28,567 nucleotides of DNA from Pseudobacteriovorax sp. (GTDB lineage: Bacteria > Bdellovibrionota_B > Oligoflexia > Oligoflexales > Oligoflexaceae): the NCBI GenBank assembly GCA_050293845.1, contig JBNKNM010000053.1, positions 1 through 28,567 of the forward strand. Direction: 5' to 3'. This document shows positions 7,303 to 17,600 of the stretch, one piece after another; the stretch's first letter is position 1, and the number at the start of each line of letters is the position of its first letter. The notes under the pieces are model-generated. The model was not told where the DNA came from and did no database searches. It saw nothing but the letters and a program-made list of their open reading frames with translations. The translations under genes were made by a program, and so were the position numbers.

Positions 7303-8271
7303 ATGAAAAAAACTTCTGTAGTATTCTTAATAGGGTTTGCTCTGACTGCTTGTGGACCGCAACTTGTTAATCCCACAGAGAGTACAGGTGACAACAATCC
7401 TGTTGATGAACAAGAATTTGTAACAGTAGGTGTCGGTGTTGCTAAGGCAGATGCAGGAGTATTTCAATTAGCTGCTGCCACAGCTTTTTCCATGTCTCTT
7501 GATGGATGCTCTTCAGGACTAACATATTCTTCCATAACTGAAGCTAATACTAACATCGATGTCTATAAGTTCGACCAGAGCTGCCTGGTAAAACTAGAAA
7601 GCTTTACCTTTGGTGGGATTACCTATATTCCTACTGCAGCTAATCCCTTTACTACTTGGGCTGATGGTGACATCGCAACATTTATCGATCAAACGGATAT
7701 TGTATCCGGAGCCACGATCAAAGTGGTAGTCGATACTCAATTACCAAGTCCTATTGCTGGAACCGAAAGTGTTAGCTATTCCTTTTCGGAAATTGTTGCT
7801 GGTACTGATCAGTCTATCGCTGGAAGTGTTGTTGGAGATGCCCATGGTCTCAGTGTTGCTGGCCAAGAAGCACCGAACTTTAAGATATCTGGGGTACAAA
7901 TGACGGGGATGACTGCAAATGGAGCAGGTATCTTCAAGTTTTTTATGGAATGTAATGTGACAGCGACAGACTCCGGAGCTACTTGCGATGGGCTGGGCAA
8001 TGCTCTTGTCACCATTGCTTTGGTTGAAGACACTTACGGTGGTGTACTTGATTTAAGCCAAGCTGCTGCTATCATGGCCAGCAACGAAACTGCGCCAAGT
8101 GCTACTATCGCTGTAGGTAATGCTTCTTATCCCAATGGCGGGTTTGAATCTCTTGATTTAACAGGTCCGGACCAAATCCATAACAATCCTAATATGCTCC
8201 TTGTGCTGGAAGCAGATAATAAATCATACTTGTATTTCAACTTGGATGTCACAACCCTAACTTACCCTTAA
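7303..8271 (+). CDS. Uncharacterised acidic, beta-rich surface lipoprotein
   Basis: AAGGA RBS before ATG 7303; MKKTSVVFLIGFALTAC lipobox; Thr/Ser/Ala/Gly-rich; no Arg in the mature chain; two likely disulfide pairs. Confidence 0.8.
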   Translation: MKKTSVVFLIGFALTACGPQLVNPTESTGDNNPVDEQEFVTVGVGVAKADAGVFQLAAATAFSMSLDGCSSGLTYSSITEANTNIDVYKFDQSCLVKLESFTFGGITYIPTAANPFTTWADGDIATFIDQTDIVSGATIKVVVDTQLPSPIAGTESVSYSFSEIVAGTDQSIAGSVVGDAHGLSVAGQEAPNFKISGVQMTGMTANGAGIFKFFMECNVTATDSGATCDGLGNALVTIALVEDTYGGVLDLSQAAAIMASNETAPSATIAVGNASYPNGGFESLDLTGPDQIHNNPNMLLVLEADNKSYLYFNLDVTTLTYP

Positions 8272-8287
8272 AATTCAAGATGATTTG

Positions 8288-8305
8288 CCTCCCTTATAGG
8301 GGAGG
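8288..8305 (+). promoter_or_regulatory. Intergenic hairpin containing the downstream RBS
   Basis: CCTCCCT-TATA-GGGGAGG. GGAGG (8301-8305) lies 9 nt before TTG 8315. Confidence 0.6.
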
Positions 8306-8314
8306 TATATTTAT

Positions 8315-9730
8315 TTGAAGGTGGAAACCGTGTTTTATAGCTTTGGGATCATATTCTTAACGAGCTTTTTGATGTCCTGTGTGGATAATGGAATATTGGA
8401 AAACAATATTCCAAGTTTTTCATTTTACATGGAATATGATGCTACTAATAAGCCAGAAAATAAACTTCTACTGCAATCTGTGTCATCGAATTTTTATTAC
8501 TCGGTGACCGCTACAGGTATAGAATCAGACATCAGCCTCGATACAGTACTACCGATCAAGGAAGAGACGGAATTTCAGTTCAAAGAAGAAGGTGAGTACT
8601 CTATTGCTGTTCAGATCTACTTGCCTGATGGAACATTTTATTTAGAAAAAAATCTAACCTGGATATATGATAGTGGCCTCACAATGACACCTATTGTCGG
8701 ATTTAATGAGTCTGCCACCAATGATGAAAATGTATCACTATTAGTTGCCGGAAGTAAAAGTCCCAATACTGTTGAAATTTGGGTTGAGGGTGACCTCCAT
8801 AGTGAGGAAGCTCCTGAAGGGAGTTGGCGTGAAATTCCATCAACCAATGTTATCCCTCTAAGAGTTAGCCAGGGTGATGGTTTTAAAAATTTTAAAGTGA
8901 AAACGAGAAATAAAGCCAAGGTTGAATCGGAAGTTATCAATCTCAGCTTACTTCGCAAGGGTAAGTCACCTGAGGAATGCTATTCTTTCATTCCTTCCAT
9001 TACAAAAAGTCGATTTTTAAAATTTGAAATATCCGCTAATGATTCGCGACAACTGTATTATCGAGTGTTTGGAGACATAAATAACGATTTTCAATTTCAC
9101 GAGTTTTCAGGTTCCGAACAAGTTGACTTAGAGCTTACCGAAGGCTTTGGTGAAAAAAAGGTGACTATTCAAATCCGGGACGAGGCAGAAAATTATTGTC
9201 TCAAAGATGTGTACGAGATTCTCTATGACTCTAACTATATACCAGGTAAGGTCACTATCAAAGACGATCCCATATGGACAGATGATCCCCAAGTGGTGAT
9301 CAATATCCAGCAGGACCACTTGCCTTCGGATGAGTTGGAAATGTATGTTTTTGGAGATATTGAAAGCAGCGAGTATACGGATCAATGGTTACCTTATTCA
9401 GAAGCCGATATTCCCCTTGTACTAAGCCCTCGCGATGGTCATCGTTGGATTCGAGCCAAGTTTCGCAAGAATGGAGTTGAATTACCTATGGCATGGGACG
9501 GTGTTTATCTTAAACCATTCATACACTTAAGAGATGTAGCCGGTGAGCTTCAAGTATCGACCAGTAATATTATTGCAATGGATGACATGTCGATTACAGG
9601 TTGTTTGGAGTCATATGATCATATTCCTTATTCAGCTATTATTACATGTTCACCTACTGGTACAACCGTAGAGGTCGAATATTTTTTGCAAAATGGCACT
9701 TCCATAGTGCGTTCAGCTTTAGTTCCATAG
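8315..9730 (+). CDS. Uncharacterised lipoprotein with repeated beta-sandwich modules
   Basis: Lipobox FLMSC. Three repeats: LRVSQGDGFKNFKVKTRN, LELTEGFGEKKVTIQIRD and LVLSPRDGHRWIRAKFR. Confidence 0.75.
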   Translation: MKVETVFYSFGIIFLTSFLMSCVDNGILENNIPSFSFYMEYDATNKPENKLLLQSVSSNFYYSVTATGIESDISLDTVLPIKEETEFQFKEEGEYSIAVQIYLPDGTFYLEKNLTWIYDSGLTMTPIVGFNESATNDENVSLLVAGSKSPNTVEIWVEGDLHSEEAPEGSWREIPSTNVIPLRVSQGDGFKNFKVKTRNKAKVESEVINLSLLRKGKSPEECYSFIPSITKSRFLKFEISANDSRQLYYRVFGDINNDFQFHEFSGSEQVDLELTEGFGEKKVTIQIRDEAENYCLKDVYEILYDSNYIPGKVTIKDDPIWTDDPQVVINIQQDHLPSDELEMYVFGDIESSEYTDQWLPYSEADIPLVLSPRDGHRWIRAKFRKNGVELPMAWDGVYLKPFIHLRDVAGELQVSTSNIIAMDDMSITGCLESYDHIPYSAIITCSPTGTTVEVEYFLQNGTSIVRSALVP

Positions 9731-9749
9731 TGCGTTCAACTTTAGTTCC
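9700..9749 (+). repeat. 23 bp tandem duplication across the stop codon
   Basis: TTCCATAGTGCGTTCAGCTTTAG 9700-9722 and TTCCATAGTGCGTTCAACTTTAG 9723-9745 (22/23), then TTCC. Confidence 0.9.
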
Positions 9750-9755
9750 CCGTTA

Positions 9756-10469
9756 TTAAAATAAAAAATTTAATCGCAAACCCAAGCAAAGATAATTGGC
9801 TGTAGCGTTGGTACCACTACTAGATTGTGATACCTCGACGGCACCTGTCGATTGATTAGATATGATAACTCTATCTGTTCGAGAGTTGAATGAGATCATA
9901 TTAAAAATGAGCTGAGGAGCGATCTCCATATTTACCTTTAATCTCAGTACTTTAAATGAAAGTGAATACCCTCCGGATAGCCCCAATCCAAAGCCTATTC
10001 CTGTCAGTTTTGTTTCGCTAGTGTTGGAAATTCTATCATCATTTAGAAAAGAATTAACTTTTGAGAAAAGGCTGACTTGATCTAGTGGGTAAAAACTAAG
10101 ATCCATCGCAAGATAAAACTTTTTAGAAGGGAAAAAACGCCAGGAACTGTCAATTCCCAGTTGCAGGTGAAACCCATGACGTTTAAGAGAATGGGAGGTA
10201 TAGGTCACACTACTATATTTAAACTTCCCTCCAACCCAGATCTCATTGCTCATCCCGAGTAATTTTTTTTTTATTGGGATGATCCGCACTCCCTGAAAGC
10301 CAAACCCCTGCTCGCTGATCTTATGGGATGTTCCCATGTTAAAAGAGCCGGAAATAGCATTCGATATGTTCATCCCTGCCTCCCATTTGTATCCCGCAGC
10401 CTTGATGCGAGGCGGTATGCTCACGGTAGTGAAGAATATTAAAATTGATGATATTATACGACTCCTCAT
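9756..10469 (-). CDS. Putative outer-membrane beta-barrel protein
   Basis: ATG 10469 gives signal peptide MRSRIISSILIFFTTVS..KAA; amphipathic strands; C-terminal LGLRLNFLF ending in Phe (BAM signal). Confidence 0.7.
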   Translation of the reverse strand: MRSRIISSILIFFTTVSIPPRIKAAGYKWEAGMNISNAISGSFNMGTSHKISEQGFGFQGVRIIPIKKKLLGMSNEIWVGGKFKYSSVTYTSHSLKRHGFHLQLGIDSSWRFFPSKKFYLAMDLSFYPLDQVSLFSKVNSFLNDDRISNTSETKLTGIGFGLGLSGGYSLSFKVLRLKVNMEIAPQLIFNMISFNSRTDRVIISNQSTGAVEVSQSSSGTNATANYLCLGLRLNFLF

Positions 10470-10795
10470 ACCCTGTGTATCGCCATCTCCGCAGTTTGAA
10501 GTGAGAGAGATATCAGGCAAATCTTACCGATGAAAAACTATTACCGAAAAGCGTAGTAAGTCCCGGGAACTTGCCGCGGGAAGCTTGGGTATATTACTAT
10601 AGGGGCAATAGCAATAACTATTTGACTTTACAATAATTTCCCTGCGATTCTGAGGGAACTTGTCCCCCTGTTTTCAGCTGTATGTTTTTATGTTTGAAAT
10701 GACATATAAATACCTATCTGGAGTCAACACAGTAGTGGGAAAGTGTAAGCTGCAATATAGTATAAGGATATCGCATAATATAGGAGAAAAATGCT

Positions 10796-11266
10796 ATGAA
10801 ACACCCCTATACAGCTGACATTTGTGATCTTAATAATAATGCTATAGTACTGCCATTTGCATTTCGATCTTTTGGTAAAAAGCAGGTCTTTTCGGGAAAG
10901 CTACGTACCCTGAAAACTTTTAATGACAATTCAAAAGTGCGGGAAATACTCAGTAGCAAAGGTGATGGCCATGTCTTACTCATTGATGGGGAATCATCAA
11001 TGGAGCGGGCTTTGGTGGGAGGCAATCTCGCTGCACTGGCCCATGAAAATGGCTGGGAGGGCCTAGTAGTTATAGGGTGTATCCGGGATACCCATGAAAT
11101 CAACGATAGTGACATTGGTATCAAAGCCTTGGGAACTCAACCTCGGAAAAGCAAAAAAAAAGGTCGAGGTATGATAGATGTGCCCCTGGTAATAAAAGGC
11201 ATTCGAGTCGAACCAGGTTATATGATTTATGCTGATCTTGATGGGGTGGTCATTGTACCTTACTAA
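10796..11266 (+). CDS. rraA: RraA family protein (HMG aldolase / RNase E regulator)
   Basis: TADICD, F.G...TLK.F.DNS.VRE, VLLIDG, ALVGGNLA..A..NGWEG.V..GCIRD, YADLDGV. Confidence 0.93.
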   Translation: MKHPYTADICDLNNNAIVLPFAFRSFGKKQVFSGKLRTLKTFNDNSKVREILSSKGDGHVLLIDGESSMERALVGGNLAALAHENGWEGLVVIGCIRDTHEINDSDIGIKALGTQPRKSKKKGRGMIDVPLVIKGIRVEPGYMIYADLDGVVIVPY

Positions 11267-11327
11267 TTCTGTTCAGTTTTAGATAGTAACGGAACAGTTC
11301 CTCTGTAATTACTGAAGTGGACCCCCC

Positions 11328-11355
11328 TTGACATAAATGGGAGAGGATTTACCTT
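11328..11355 (+). promoter_or_regulatory. sigma70-like promoter of hsp20
   Basis: TTGACA-N16-TACCTT. Confidence 0.45.
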
Positions 11356-11397
11356 TGGAGGGAAAGACAATGAAGTCTCAAAAAAGGAGAAAAACTA

Positions 11398-11814
11398 ATG
11401 CTTTCATATCCTATATATAAAGAGCTAAACCATGAGTCCGGTCTTGATTTTAATCATTTTTTAAAGTCGCTATCTACTGATTTTCGCCATGAACAGATTC
11501 CAGTAGATATCTTAGAGTCGGAAAATAACTTTTTATTACAACTCGCTTTACCAGGAGTCAAACAGGAGCAGATTGATATACAATTGGAGCAAAATCAGCT
11601 AAATATACTGGTTAAAAAGCAAGAGCACGAAGAGCTCCACGCAAAATATGTGCAAAATCAGATTCCAAAAAATGAAATTAAAAAAAGTTTTAGAGTGTCA
11701 GAACATATCGACCGTGATCGGGTCGAAGCTAGTATTGAAAATGGTATACTGACGATCGTGCTATTTAAAAGCGAAGCGCTACAACCTAGAAAAATTCAAG
11801 TCAAAGCCTCTTAA
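11398..11814 (+). CDS. Hsp20/alpha-crystallin small heat-shock protein
   Basis: PVDILE...LALPGV..EQIDI...A.IENGILTI...PRKIQV; AGGAG RBS. Confidence 0.93.
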   Translation: MLSYPIYKELNHESGLDFNHFLKSLSTDFRHEQIPVDILESENNFLLQLALPGVKQEQIDIQLEQNQLNILVKKQEHEELHAKYVQNQIPKNEIKKSFRVSEHIDRDRVEASIENGILTIVLFKSEALQPRKIQVKAS

Positions 11815-11871
11815 GGCTTTGATTCTATTGTTTACCCATTTTTTGGCGACTACCCGTGATATCCTATTAAG

Positions 11872-12408
11872 TCACAGAACTGATTTCAGTGCTTTTATAA
11901 ATTCAGGTGACAAGGGATCAATCGAAGATCGGAACCGATACTTTACAACTCCATTTCGGTCGGTGATAAATTTTTCAAAATTCCATGCTACAGCCGACCC
12001 TTTGTTATCATGAGGTGCAGTGCTGGTAAGGTATTTGAAAACGGGATTCACTTGGGAACCTTTTACAGCCGATTTACGTGCTAAGGGGAAAGTTACACCA
12101 TAGTTTTTTTTACAGAACGAGGCAATCTTAGTATCTTCTTTGAGCTCTTGTTTGAAGCTGTTAGATGGAAATCCAACGACCATGACGCCTTGTTTCTTAA
12201 ACTTCTTATATAGTTTTTCTAAGCTCCCATACTGGTCTGTATAACCGCAGCGACTAGCTGTATTGGCAATAACAAGAACTTGCTTGCGAAACTTGGTAAA
12301 GTCCAAGGACTTGCCCTCGAGAGTCTTTATCTTAAACTGATAAATCGAGTTTGCATGAATTGGTAGTGAAATAAAAATGCTGATAACCAGCCACATAAAT
12401 TTTTGCAT
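11872..12408 (-). CDS. Glutathione peroxidase family (Cys type), exported
   Basis: NTASRCGYT.QY, GFPSN.F.QE, FC..NYGVTFP and WNFEKF; N-terminal signal peptide. Confidence 0.93.
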   Translation of the reverse strand: MQKFMWLVISIFISLPIHANSIYQFKIKTLEGKSLDFTKFRKQVLVIANTASRCGYTDQYGSLEKLYKKFKKQGVMVVGFPSNSFKQELKEDTKIASFCKKNYGVTFPLARKSAVKGSQVNPVFKYLTSTAPHDNKGSAVAWNFEKFITDRNGVVKYRFRSSIDPLSPEFIKALKSVL

Positions 12409-12520
12409 TGTCTACTCCATGTAAAGCTATAAATTTTCCTTAATATTTGAATATATGCCGGTTATGGGGCAAAATTTCTTCAGCTAATTTTAATGGGAAA
12501 TAAAATTAGTGACTTAACCC

Positions 12521-13699
12521 TTAACCTGCAGACTTTTGCGATAGTTTTTTTAGCAGTTCTTGAGCCTTAGTAAATTCTGGCTCTAGTTCCAAACATCGTG
12601 TTAGCTGTTCTGTGGCAGCGGGAAATTGTTTCGCATCGCGCTTTTTTAAATATGCTAAGGCTAGATTGAAATGGATGAGATAGTTATTTTTATTATTGGG
12701 ATAATAGTTCAAAGCTCGTTCGTACTCTTGGATAGCCGTATCTAAGGCGTCAGTCTGAGCCATAACGACACCTTTATTGTTAAAGTAACGGACGACTTCT
12801 TTGGGGCCTGATGTTTCTTGGCAAAAGTTGATAGCTTCCTCCCCATAGCCAGCTTCTTCAAGCTGCTTAAAGAGATCAAATTTCATTTCAGGCTGTTCAG
12901 GGTTCGCTGTTAACAACTGTTTTTGTTTTGAAATCGCATTATCAGGGTTTTTCAGTTTCAGGTACATATCGACCATGTCCGTAATGCGATCAATATTTTT
13001 GGGTGCTACGTGATCGGCTTCTTCGAAGAATTTTTTCGCTTTATCCAGGTTCCCTAATTTAAGATTAAATTTACCCATGAGATTCAATCTCTGGAGTGGC
13101 TCTATACGATCCTGAGGGACACGGGCGAGAAATTCCAATCCATCCTGATAATTGTCTGCTTTTTGGTATAAGTCGAGAATCAACCTATAATACTCATCAT
13201 CCAAAGCCTCTTGAAATTCTTGGGTTTGCTTGATAGCTACTTTGAAATCGCCATCTTTTTCGAGTCGTTCCAAGATTTCCAGCTTTATTTTATTGGCCAG
13301 TTCTTGCTTGGTGTGGTTCCTAAATGCCTTTTGAATCTGGCTGATTAGCGGTCCAATTGATAGGGGCTTTTGTATGATTAATATTTTCCCCATTTCATTC
13401 ACCAGAGAAAGTTGCTCGTTTGTTAGAGGGCTGCCCGTTGTGATTGCGAAGCCTGCCGTTCTTTTCTCCTTAATTTTATGGGAGCGCCATTTTTGTATTA
13501 ATGAAATAGCATCGAGTTCGGGAAATTTTAGCTCGATAAAGATAACACGGAAAAATTGCTTGTTAAACCGATACATAGCCGTTTGTAGATCCGAGGCTGA
13601 AAATACTTCAACCTTCATTTTTTCAAGGGGCTCTAAGATCGGGCCTGCAACCGTGCGGTCTGAGTCTACAATTAAAATTTTTTGTGGGAGCTTGCCCAT
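12521..13699 (-). CDS. Atypical receiver domain + tetratricopeptide repeat protein
   Basis: KILIVDSD...VIFIELKFP...IQKP receiver fold; C-terminal TPRs (YFNNKGV..A....AI.EYERAL, IHFNLALAY, CLELEPEF.KA). Confidence 0.85.
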   Translation of the reverse strand: MGKLPQKILIVDSDRTVAGPILEPLEKMKVEVFSASDLQTAMYRFNKQFFRVIFIELKFPELDAISLIQKWRSHKIKEKRTAGFAITTGSPLTNEQLSLVNEMGKILIIQKPLSIGPLISQIQKAFRNHTKQELANKIKLEILERLEKDGDFKVAIKQTQEFQEALDDEYYRLILDLYQKADNYQDGLEFLARVPQDRIEPLQRLNLMGKFNLKLGNLDKAKKFFEEADHVAPKNIDRITDMVDMYLKLKNPDNAISKQKQLLTANPEQPEMKFDLFKQLEEAGYGEEAINFCQETSGPKEVVRYFNNKGVVMAQTDALDTAIQEYERALNYYPNNKNNYLIHFNLALAYLKKRDAKQFPAATEQLTRCLELEPEFTKAQELLKKLSQKSAG

Positions 13700-13724
13700 G
13701 AAATTCCTTTCCTTATTAGAGCTT

Positions 13725-13751
13725 GTTTCGGCTAGAAGCTAAGGGAGTTTA
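13725..13751 (-). promoter_or_regulatory. sigma28 (FliA)-like promoter for the receiver-TPR gene
   Basis: Minus strand TAAA-N15-GCCGAAAC, 25 nt upstream of the ATG. Confidence 0.65.
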
Positions 13752-13887
13752 GGTCTTTTATTACAAGGGCGCTATTATACTGGAGTCAATTGTTGAGGGC
13801 GCCAGTGCCACCGGCTAAATGCTACTTGAGTACCAGGTCCTATGTTTCAGAAAATACTCAGTAAAAGTGGATGTTATGAAGCGCTCT

Positions 13888-13914
13888 TAAAATACCCAGA
13901 TGGCTTTCCGATAG
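13888..13914 (+). promoter_or_regulatory. sigma28 (FliA)-like promoter for the lipoprotein gene
   Basis: TAAA-N15-TCCGATAG, 33 nt upstream of ATG 13948. Confidence 0.65.
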
Positions 13915-13947
13915 TGGTCAAAAGGTGTAGATGTGTGGGGGATCATC

Positions 13948-14484
13948 ATGAGGCTTACTATTTTTATGATGTTATTTGCTTTGATGCAGGGATGTGTGTC
14001 AAAGGGTCCTTATTTTAAAATTAGTCAATTAGATGACATGGTTCGCGACCGTTTCCACCACAATAGGGTAATCCATCAGTATGGCCCGACCAAGGCGAGA
14101 TTTGCTGACAATGTCTTTTCACAAATAGAATATAAACCATCTAGTACGGAAAGACTTTTAATTCAAGAGATTGATGGCATCATCTTTTCGGCAGTAGAGG
14201 GGGAAGTCGAGCAGGATTATAATTCCATGGAATTTGCTCCTGGTGAGCAGCCTCGTATGGCCCGGATAGAAAAAAAATCTAATGATAACAGTGGTTTTTT
14301 CAACCATAGTTCCGATACAATCGAATTCAATGACTGTCAGGAAAATCCTCGGCAGGTGATACGCTACCTATCTGTACGCGAGGATTTCAATGGCTATAGT
14401 GAGCGTCAATATGCTGCGCTTTTTCTCAATCGTCAGCTTTGTGTTTGTGGCTACCGTGTTCGATCCTTATTTTTCAAGGGCTGA
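13948..14484 (+). CDS. Uncharacterised small lipoprotein
   Basis: MRLTIFMMLFALMQGC lipobox from ATG 13948. Confidence 0.7.
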   Translation: MRLTIFMMLFALMQGCVSKGPYFKISQLDDMVRDRFHHNRVIHQYGPTKARFADNVFSQIEYKPSSTERLLIQEIDGIIFSAVEGEVEQDYNSMEFAPGEQPRMARIEKKSNDNSGFFNHSSDTIEFNDCQENPRQVIRYLSVREDFNGYSERQYAALFLNRQLCVCGYRVRSLFFKG

Positions 14485-14630
14485 AGATGATAAGCTTCCT
14501 ATGGATGTGCGGTTTTAAACGAAAGCTATAGTTCTAGAACCATTTTCGTAATGCCCCTGGAAACAACTATTGATTTTCATATATCTGAGCCTATGATGGG
14601 GGGGATTATTGACTTACGTTTGGAGCTAGC

Positions 14631-17600
14631 ATGATACCCCGTCTTGAGCAGTTCGATGCATTACCATCCCAAGTGCAAAATTATTTTAAAGAACTTCGTA
14701 GCAGGTCATTTAAGGGAGACATGGAATTTAGCTTATCGGAACGTTTAATGATGGCTACCGATAATTCAATTTATCAATTATTGCCCCAGGGGGTTGTGTT
14801 CCCCAAAAATGAACAAGATATTAAGACTATCTTAGAATTAGCTAATACTGCGGATTATCGAAATCTTTCATTTACGGCTAGGGGAGGGGGGACTGGTACC
14901 AATGGGCAGTCCTTAACAACCGGAGTGGTCGTCGATCTATCCCGGCATATGAATCGCATTTTGGAGGTTAATGCTGCAGAAGGCTGGGTAAGGGTGCAGC
15001 CGGGTGTGGTTTTGGACCAGCTTAATGAGCATATTAGGTCCTATGGTTTATTTTTTGCCCCCGACCTATCTCCGAGCAATCGCGCTACTCTAGGAGGTAT
15101 GGTAAGTACGGATGCTTGTGGCAAAGGGTCACGGATTTATGGAAAAACATCGAACCATATTCTGGAACTCAAGCTAGTCCTTTCTGATGGCAGTGACTGG
15201 CTAAGCCAGAAAATGGACGCTGCTACCCTGAAGAGTATTACGACGGGAAACAAGCTTATCGACCATGCCCTAAGAACGGTAAGCTCTATTACCCTGGAAA
15301 AATCCGAACTCATTGAGGCGAAATTCCCTAAGCTGACAAGGTTTTTGTCAGGATATAATCTGGGTATGGTTTGGGACGAGAATGGTCATTTTAACCTAAA
15401 TTATCTGATTTCGGGCGCCGAAGGAACCTTGTGCTTGGTCAGCGAGATGAAGCTGCAGCTGACACCCATCCCGCAATCAAAAGTTTTGATCGTTGCTAAA
15501 TACCGGGAATTTTCAGATAGCCTCAAAGCGGCTAAAGCTCTACTGTCGCGAGATCCGGTCGCCATTGAGACGATCGATGCTACGATTCTCAGTTTGGCGA
15601 GACAGGATACTATCTGGCATGAAGTCAGTAATTTTTTTAGCAGTGCCGAAGATCGTCTTGTAAAGTCGATCAACCTTATCGAGTTTGTGGGGGATGACTA
15701 TCAGGAACTAAGGACAAAGGCTGAACAGCTCTGTAGTGACTTGAATACGCAGCTGGGACAGCCAGGTGCTGCAACCGGCTTTATACTAACTGAAAATGAA
15801 AACGAGATCAGAGCCCTGTGGTCTTTACGCAAAAAAGGTGTGGGACTTCTTGGTAACAGATCTGGTACCCGTCGTCCGATTCCTTTTGTCGAAGATACGG
15901 TTGTACCACCTGAACACTTGGCGGAATATATCGAAAGGTTTCGGGCGATACTGGACAGCCATGGTTTAGAGTACGGCATGTTTGGTCATGTAGATGTGGG
16001 TTGCTTGCATGTACGACCCGCTCTAGACATGCAGAACCCAGAAGACGAAAAGCTCGTACGATCTATAACCGATGAAGTAAAGGATTTGGTTCTAGAGTAT
16101 GGTGGCGTTGTTTGGGGGGAGCATGGCAAGGGCCTACGGAGTGAATACATGCCAGAGTTTTTTGGTGAAGAGCTTTTTGAAGACTTAAGAACCATAAAAA
16201 CAGCTTTCGACCCTCATAATCGCTTGAATCCCGGAAAAATTTGTTTCCCCCATGGAGCCCAGGAGGGCTTGGTTAAGCTTGATCAAGCACCTATGCGGGG
16301 GCAGTTTGATCGACAAATTAAACCGGAGTTACAGGAGCAGTTTCGGGTATCTTTGCTCTGTAATGGGAACGGTGCTTGCTTTAATTACGATGTGCATGAT
16401 GTGATGTGTCCTTCCTATAAAGTCACTCGCAACAGGATTCATTCCCCAAAAGGTCGAGCCGGGTTAATTCGGGAGTGGGTTCGTCAACTATCACAACATC
16501 ATGAGACTTCATCAGTAAAAGCCGGTATTGGTAAATTATCCTCTCGTCAGGCACAAGGGGACTTTTCAACAGAGGTGTTGGCTTCCATGACAGGGTGTCT
16601 ATCATGTAAGGCTTGTAGCTCTAGCTGTCCGATAAAAGTTGATATTCCAGATCAGAAGGCTCGATTTTTAGAATACTACTATTCCCGTTATAAGCGCCCG
16701 CGCTGGGATCGACTTATTGCCTTTGGTGAGCATACCCACAGAAGGTTTGTCAATATGCCTTTTTTATTTAACTGGGTTCTCAACATTCCTGGGGTCCAAC
16801 AGCTGATGGCTAGATATCTAGGATTGGTGGACACACCTGCTTTAAGCTCACCAAACTACCTTGCTTTGTTGAGGAAAGCTGACATTCCGGTCTTGACAAG
16901 TTTTAAGCATCTACCAGAAAAACTGGCTGCGAAAAGCCTGATTGTTTTACCTGATGCCATTACCTGCTTTTATGAGGCCGAAACCTTTGTGGAAGTTGTT
17001 AAATTTTTTAAGAATGTAGGCTATGAGCCGATAGTTGCACCTTTTTTTATTAATGGTAAGGGCCTGCATGTTAAGGGCTTTCTTAAGGAGTTTCGGCAGG
17101 TGGTGCAAGCTACGGAAGAAAAGTTGGAGCAGCTCAAGCGTTATCAGGTTCCGTTGATTGGTGTCGATCCGGCTATTACTCTCACCTACCGTGAAGAGTA
17201 TCGCCGCTATGGTCGTTCAGGTCAGGAATGGGATGTCATGCTTCCCCAAGAATGGCTTGTAAAAAATATAGAGAATATTGCTGTCCCGACCAACATCAAT
17301 GCCTATCTTCCAAAAATACTGTATCAATTGGGGCATTGTGGAGAAAAGTCGTCTCGGCCCCAATATGCTAGAGAATGGCAGCAGGTTTTTGCCAGGTTTC
17401 AGATAGAGCTTAGGGAGGAGAAGGTGGGGTGCTGTGGTATGGCTGGAGCCTTTGGCCATGAAGCCCAGCATTATAATCAGTCTCATGCGATTTTTGACCA
17501 GAGTTGGGCACTGAAGATGCATCCTGAGCATACTTATATTGCCACAGGAGCTTCGTGTCGGTCTCAAGTTAAGCGCTTTATGGGTATGAAGATTGCGCAC

